Shown here one piece after another: positions 60,733 through 64,000 of a stretch of DNA of 64,000 nt (the first letter of the stretch is position 1; every line of letters starts with the position of its first letter). Below the pieces are notes generated by a model. That model was not told where the DNA came from and searched no databases. It saw only the letters and a program-made list of their open reading frames with translations. The translations under genes were made by a program, and so were the position numbers. Where the stretch lies: assembly GCF_039768865.1 (NCBI RefSeq), contig NZ_JBDMZQ010000025.1; one strand, 5' to 3'. Source of the stretch: Wenyingzhuangia sp. (GTDB lineage Bacteria > Bacteroidota > Bacteroidia > Flavobacteriales > Flavobacteriaceae).

Positions 60733-61791
60733 ATGTTAGCATTATTTTATTTTTTCGTAGCTGTTGCTTTTGCCATTGGAATTTGGCAAGTAAATAAACT
60801 ACTAACTTTCAGACTAATCTTTAAAGAAATTAAAGATGGTGTTAAAGTCATTACTTTCGAAAACAAAAACAATCCTATCGCTACTGAGAAAGACAACGAT
60901 ATTCAAGGAAAACTTTTCATCGTATTTATGGTTGGTTTCTACCTTCTAATGGCGTATTGTTTGATCTTTTTTCAAGATTTGATGTTACCCGATTCTGCTT
61001 CTGTAGAAGGAGAAGATTACGATAATTTGTATGTGATAACTTTTTGGCTTATTGGTATTGTTCAATTTATTACACAAGCATTGTTGTACTTCTTTTCATA
61101 CAAGTATAGAGGTATTAAAGGAAGAAAAGCTACTTTCTTTGCAGACTCACACAAGTTAGAATTGATATGGACTACTATACCAACTGTTGTTTTAGCGGTT
61201 TTAATTTTATACGGTTTGTCAATATGGAATGATGTTACCGATTTAGAAGGTGATGATGCTGTATTAGTTGAAATCTATGCAAAACAATTTGCATGGGAAG
61301 CTAGATATGCAGGTAGAGATAATGAATTAGGTCGTGGTAATGTTAGAAACATTAAGGGTGCCAATACGATTGGTATTGATATGTCTGATGTTAATTCTCA
61401 TGATGATATACCTGTAAGAGAATTGCATTTACCTGTTGGTAAAAAAGTTGTTTTTAAATTTAGATCTCAAGATGTATTACACTCCGCATACATGCCACAT
61501 TTTAGAGCTCAGATGAATTGTGTTCCAGGGATGGTAACTGAATTTGGATTTACCCCAAAGTTTACAACTCACGAAATGCGTCAACAAAGAGATGTCATGA
61601 AAAAAGTATCTCGTGTAAACATTGCAAGGGCAGCTAAGGGTGAAGAGCCTTACGAGTTCGATTATCTATTATTGTGTAATAAGATTTGTGGATCTTCTCA
61701 CTATAACATGCAAATGAAAATTGTTGTTGATTCAGAAAAAGATTATTTGATCTGGTTAAATCAACAAAAGACGGCAAAAGAATTATTTTAG
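60733..61791 (+). CDS. coxB: Cytochrome c oxidase subunit II
   Basis: LELIWT, QFAW, DVLHSAY, CuA motif CNKICGSSHYNM. Confidence 0.94.
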   Translation: MLALFYFFVAVAFAIGIWQVNKLLTFRLIFKEIKDGVKVITFENKNNPIATEKDNDIQGKLFIVFMVGFYLLMAYCLIFFQDLMLPDSASVEGEDYDNLYVITFWLIGIVQFITQALLYFFSYKYRGIKGRKATFFADSHKLELIWTTIPTVVLAVLILYGLSIWNDVTDLEGDDAVLVEIYAKQFAWEARYAGRDNELGRGNVRNIKGANTIGIDMSDVNSHDDIPVRELHLPVGKKVVFKFRSQDVLHSAYMPHFRAQMNCVPGMVTEFGFTPKFTTHEMRQQRDVMKKVSRVNIARAAKGEEPYEFDYLLLCNKICGSSHYNMQMKIVVDSEKDYLIWLNQQKTAKELF

Positions 61792-61832
61792 TTAAAAATA
61801 CCGTTTTAGAATCATAAAAAGAAAAATTTATT

Positions 61833-63608
61833 ATGTCAGCACATCACCATAAAGAAACATTCGTAACTAAGTATATATTTAGTTTTGATCATAAAATGAT
61901 TGCAAAGCAGTTTTTAGTAACTGGTATGATCATGGGAGTTATTGGAGTATTAATGTCTTTGTTATTCAGGCTACAAATAGCATGGCCAGAGCAATCTTTT
62001 TCAATCATAGAAGCATTTTTGCCAGAACGTTTTCAGTCCGAAACGGGTGTTATGAAACCAGATATTTATTTGGCACTAGTAACAATTCATGGTACAATAA
62101 TGGTATTTTTCGTTTTGACAGCTGGATTGAGTGGAACCTTTTCTAACTTACTAATCCCATTACAGATCGGAGCTAGAGATATGGCATCAGGTTTTATGAA
62201 CTGTGTGTCTTATTGGTTGTTTTTTACTTCTTCAGTTGTTATGGTTGTATCTTTATTTGTTCAAGCAGGACCAGCATCTGCAGGTTGGACGATATATCCA
62301 CCTCTATCAGCCTTACCTCAAGCGATTCCAGGTTCTGGTACCGGTATGACTCTTTGGTTAGTGTCTATGGCGCTTTTTATTGCGTCTTCTTTAATAGGTT
62401 CATTAAATTATATCGTTACGGTATTAAACTTAAGAACTAAAGGGATGTCGATGACTAGATTGCCATTAACCATGTGGGCGTTCTTTGTAACAGCCATTAT
62501 TGGAGTTGTATCTTTCCCTGTATTATTCTCTGCTGTTTTGTTGCTAATTTTTGATAGAAGTTTCGGGACATCATTCTTTTTATCTGACATTTTTATCGGA
62601 GGTGAGGTTTTAAACTATCAAGGAGGTTCTCCTGTATTATTTGAACATTTATTTTGGTTTTTAGGGCACCCTGAGGTGTATATTGTATTATTACCTGCTT
62701 TGGGTTTAACCTCTGAAGTCATTTCTACGAATTCTAGAAAGCCTATTTTTGGTTACCGAGCTATGGTTGGTTCTATAATGGCAATTGCCTTTTTGTCAAC
62801 AATCGTTTGGGGGCACCATATGTTTATTTCAGGTATGAACCCTTTTCTTGGTTCAGTTTTCACCTTTACAACTTTACTGATAGCGATCCCATCTGCTGTT
62901 AAAGCATTTAATTATATTACTACCCTGTGGAAAGGTAATTTACAATTCAATACAGCCATGTTGTTTTCAATAGGATTGGTTTCCACTTTTATTACAGGTG
63001 GATTGACAGGTATTGTTCTAGGTGATTCAGCATTAGACATCAATGTTCATGATACTTATTTTGTTGTAGCTCATTTTCATCTCGTAATGGGAGTATCTGC
63101 CATTTACGGTATGTATGCAGGTATTTATCATTGGTTCCCAAAAATGTACGGAAGAATGATGAACAAAACTTTAGGATACATACATTTTTGGATAACAGCC
63201 ATAGCTGCTTATGGTGTTTTCTTCCCAATGCATTTCATCGGTTTAGCAGGTTTGCCTCGTAGATATTATACGAACACAAATTTTCCTCTTTTTGATGATT
63301 TAGCCAACATAAACCAAGTCATGACTATTTTTGCTATTATTGGAGGAATTGCTCAAGTAATTTTCTTAGTGAATTTCTTCATGAGTATATACAAAGGTAA
63401 AGTTGCATCTCAAAATCCATGGAGGTCAACAACCTTAGAGTGGACAACACCAGTAGAACATATTCATGGAAATTGGCCTGGAGAAATTCCAGAAGTTCAT
63501 CGTTGGCCTTATGACTATAGTAAAGTTGATGAAAATGGAGAATATATCTTTGGTGAAGATTATATTATGCAAACCGTACCTCTAAAAGAAGGCGAACAAC
63601 AGTCATAA
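61833..63608 (+). CDS. coxA: Cytochrome c oxidase subunit I (type A1)
   Basis: DHKMI, GWTIYPPL, GHPEVY, WGHH, HDTYFVVAHFH, PRRY. Confidence 0.97.
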   Translation: MSAHHHKETFVTKYIFSFDHKMIAKQFLVTGMIMGVIGVLMSLLFRLQIAWPEQSFSIIEAFLPERFQSETGVMKPDIYLALVTIHGTIMVFFVLTAGLSGTFSNLLIPLQIGARDMASGFMNCVSYWLFFTSSVVMVVSLFVQAGPASAGWTIYPPLSALPQAIPGSGTGMTLWLVSMALFIASSLIGSLNYIVTVLNLRTKGMSMTRLPLTMWAFFVTAIIGVVSFPVLFSAVLLLIFDRSFGTSFFLSDIFIGGEVLNYQGGSPVLFEHLFWFLGHPEVYIVLLPALGLTSEVISTNSRKPIFGYRAMVGSIMAIAFLSTIVWGHHMFISGMNPFLGSVFTFTTLLIAIPSAVKAFNYITTLWKGNLQFNTAMLFSIGLVSTFITGGLTGIVLGDSALDINVHDTYFVVAHFHLVMGVSAIYGMYAGIYHWFPKMYGRMMNKTLGYIHFWITAIAAYGVFFPMHFIGLAGLPRRYYTNTNFPLFDDLANINQVMTIFAIIGGIAQVIFLVNFFMSIYKGKVASQNPWRSTTLEWTTPVEHIHGNWPGEIPEVHRWPYDYSKVDENGEYIFGEDYIMQTVPLKEGEQQS

Positions 63609-63623
63609 CTAATTTTTAGCATT

Positions 63624-63664
63624 AAAAAAAAGACCTTACTTATAATTAGTAAGGTCTTTTTTTT
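63624..63664 (+). terminator. Intrinsic terminator ending the act-cox operon
   Basis: A8-GACCTTACT-loop-AGTAAGGTC-T8. Confidence 0.9.
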
Positions 63665-63743
63665 GTCAAAAATCCTATTCTTTTAGAGGTTATTACTTCT
63701 TTGTAATTCCGTATTTTTGTAGTCAATTTAAATATTAAATATT

Positions 63744-64000
63744 ATGATTTCAGCTAACGAGTATTTTGATGGAAATGTTAAGTCCCTAGGATATGAATCA
63801 TCTACAGGAAAATCTACATTAGGAGTTATGGAAGCGGGAACCTATGAGTTTTCAACAAGTCTACACGAAACTATGATTGTTGTAGAAGGGGAAATGATTG
63901 TTCTATTACCAGATTCTACAGAATGGACAACCTACAAAGCAGGAGAGTCTTATCAAATCGATGCAGATAAGAATTTTAAAGTTAAAGTATCTTCACAAAC
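63744..64000 (+). CDS. ppnP: Pyrimidine/purine nucleoside phosphorylase (DUF1255), truncated by window end
   Basis: Not in ORF track. MISANEYFDGNVKSLGY...TLGVMEAGTYEFST..HETMIVVEG..LLPD..W; TATTTTTG at 63712. Confidence 0.88.
   Translation, partial: MISANEYFDGNVKSLGYESSTGKSTLGVMEAGTYEFSTSLHETMIVVEGEMIVLLPDSTEWTTYKAGESYQIDADKNFKVKVSSQ

Noticed and set aside
61672-61710. CuA motif CNKIC lacking the usual Glu
   Set aside because: That ligand binds through its backbone carbonyl and this variant is normal for Flavobacteria
533-63228. Many 60-135 aa ORFs overlapping or antisense to housekeeping genes (e.g. 8046-8360, 26406-26780, 35690-36028, 57550-57954)
   Set aside because: No motifs or expression signals; explained by codon bias of the real genes
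1-64000. CRISPR arrays, tRNA/rRNA/tmRNA, IS elements, prophage or defence genes
   Set aside because: No periodic repeats, transposases, integrases or structural RNA signatures seen; intergenic regions are short and ssrA is not next to smpB

Overview
AT-rich core-genome segment of a Flavobacteriaceae (Bacteroidota) chromosome. The assignment rests on TAnnTTTG -7 promoters, no Shine-Dalgarno sites, porQ and the Flavobacterium-type ACIII-aa3 operon. The window holds about 55 genes, mostly housekeeping: smpB, two ABC-F ATPases, coaE, porQ-cmk, queE, folD-ffh, glyA, serB, pta-ackA, thrS-infC-rpmI-rplT, guaA plus LysM proteins, rseP, rpsP-rimM, pyrC, hemD, nrdB-nrdA, hisS-folE, and actABCDEF-coxB-coxA. 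I found no mobile element, CRISPR array, rRNA or tRNA. The best candidate for an undescribed system is a sulfane-sulfur regulon at 13.2-18.9 kb. It comprises a Cys-bearing Crp/Fnr regulator with an NtcA-like recognition helix, a SulP transporter, a CstB-like persulfide dioxygenase-rhodanese fusion and a membrane-anchored rhodanese. Both target promoters carry a GTAAC-N4-GTTAC palindrome ending exactly 22 nt before the -7 box. Smaller signals are an unannotated 54-aa ORF with its own promoter, an AUA-started infC with an alternative-pairing hairpin, candidate ribosomal leaders, a Fur-like box before ACIII, a DnaA box before nrdBA, and a promoter motif inside the DUF4271 coding sequence. All calls come from reading motifs by eye; no database search was run.
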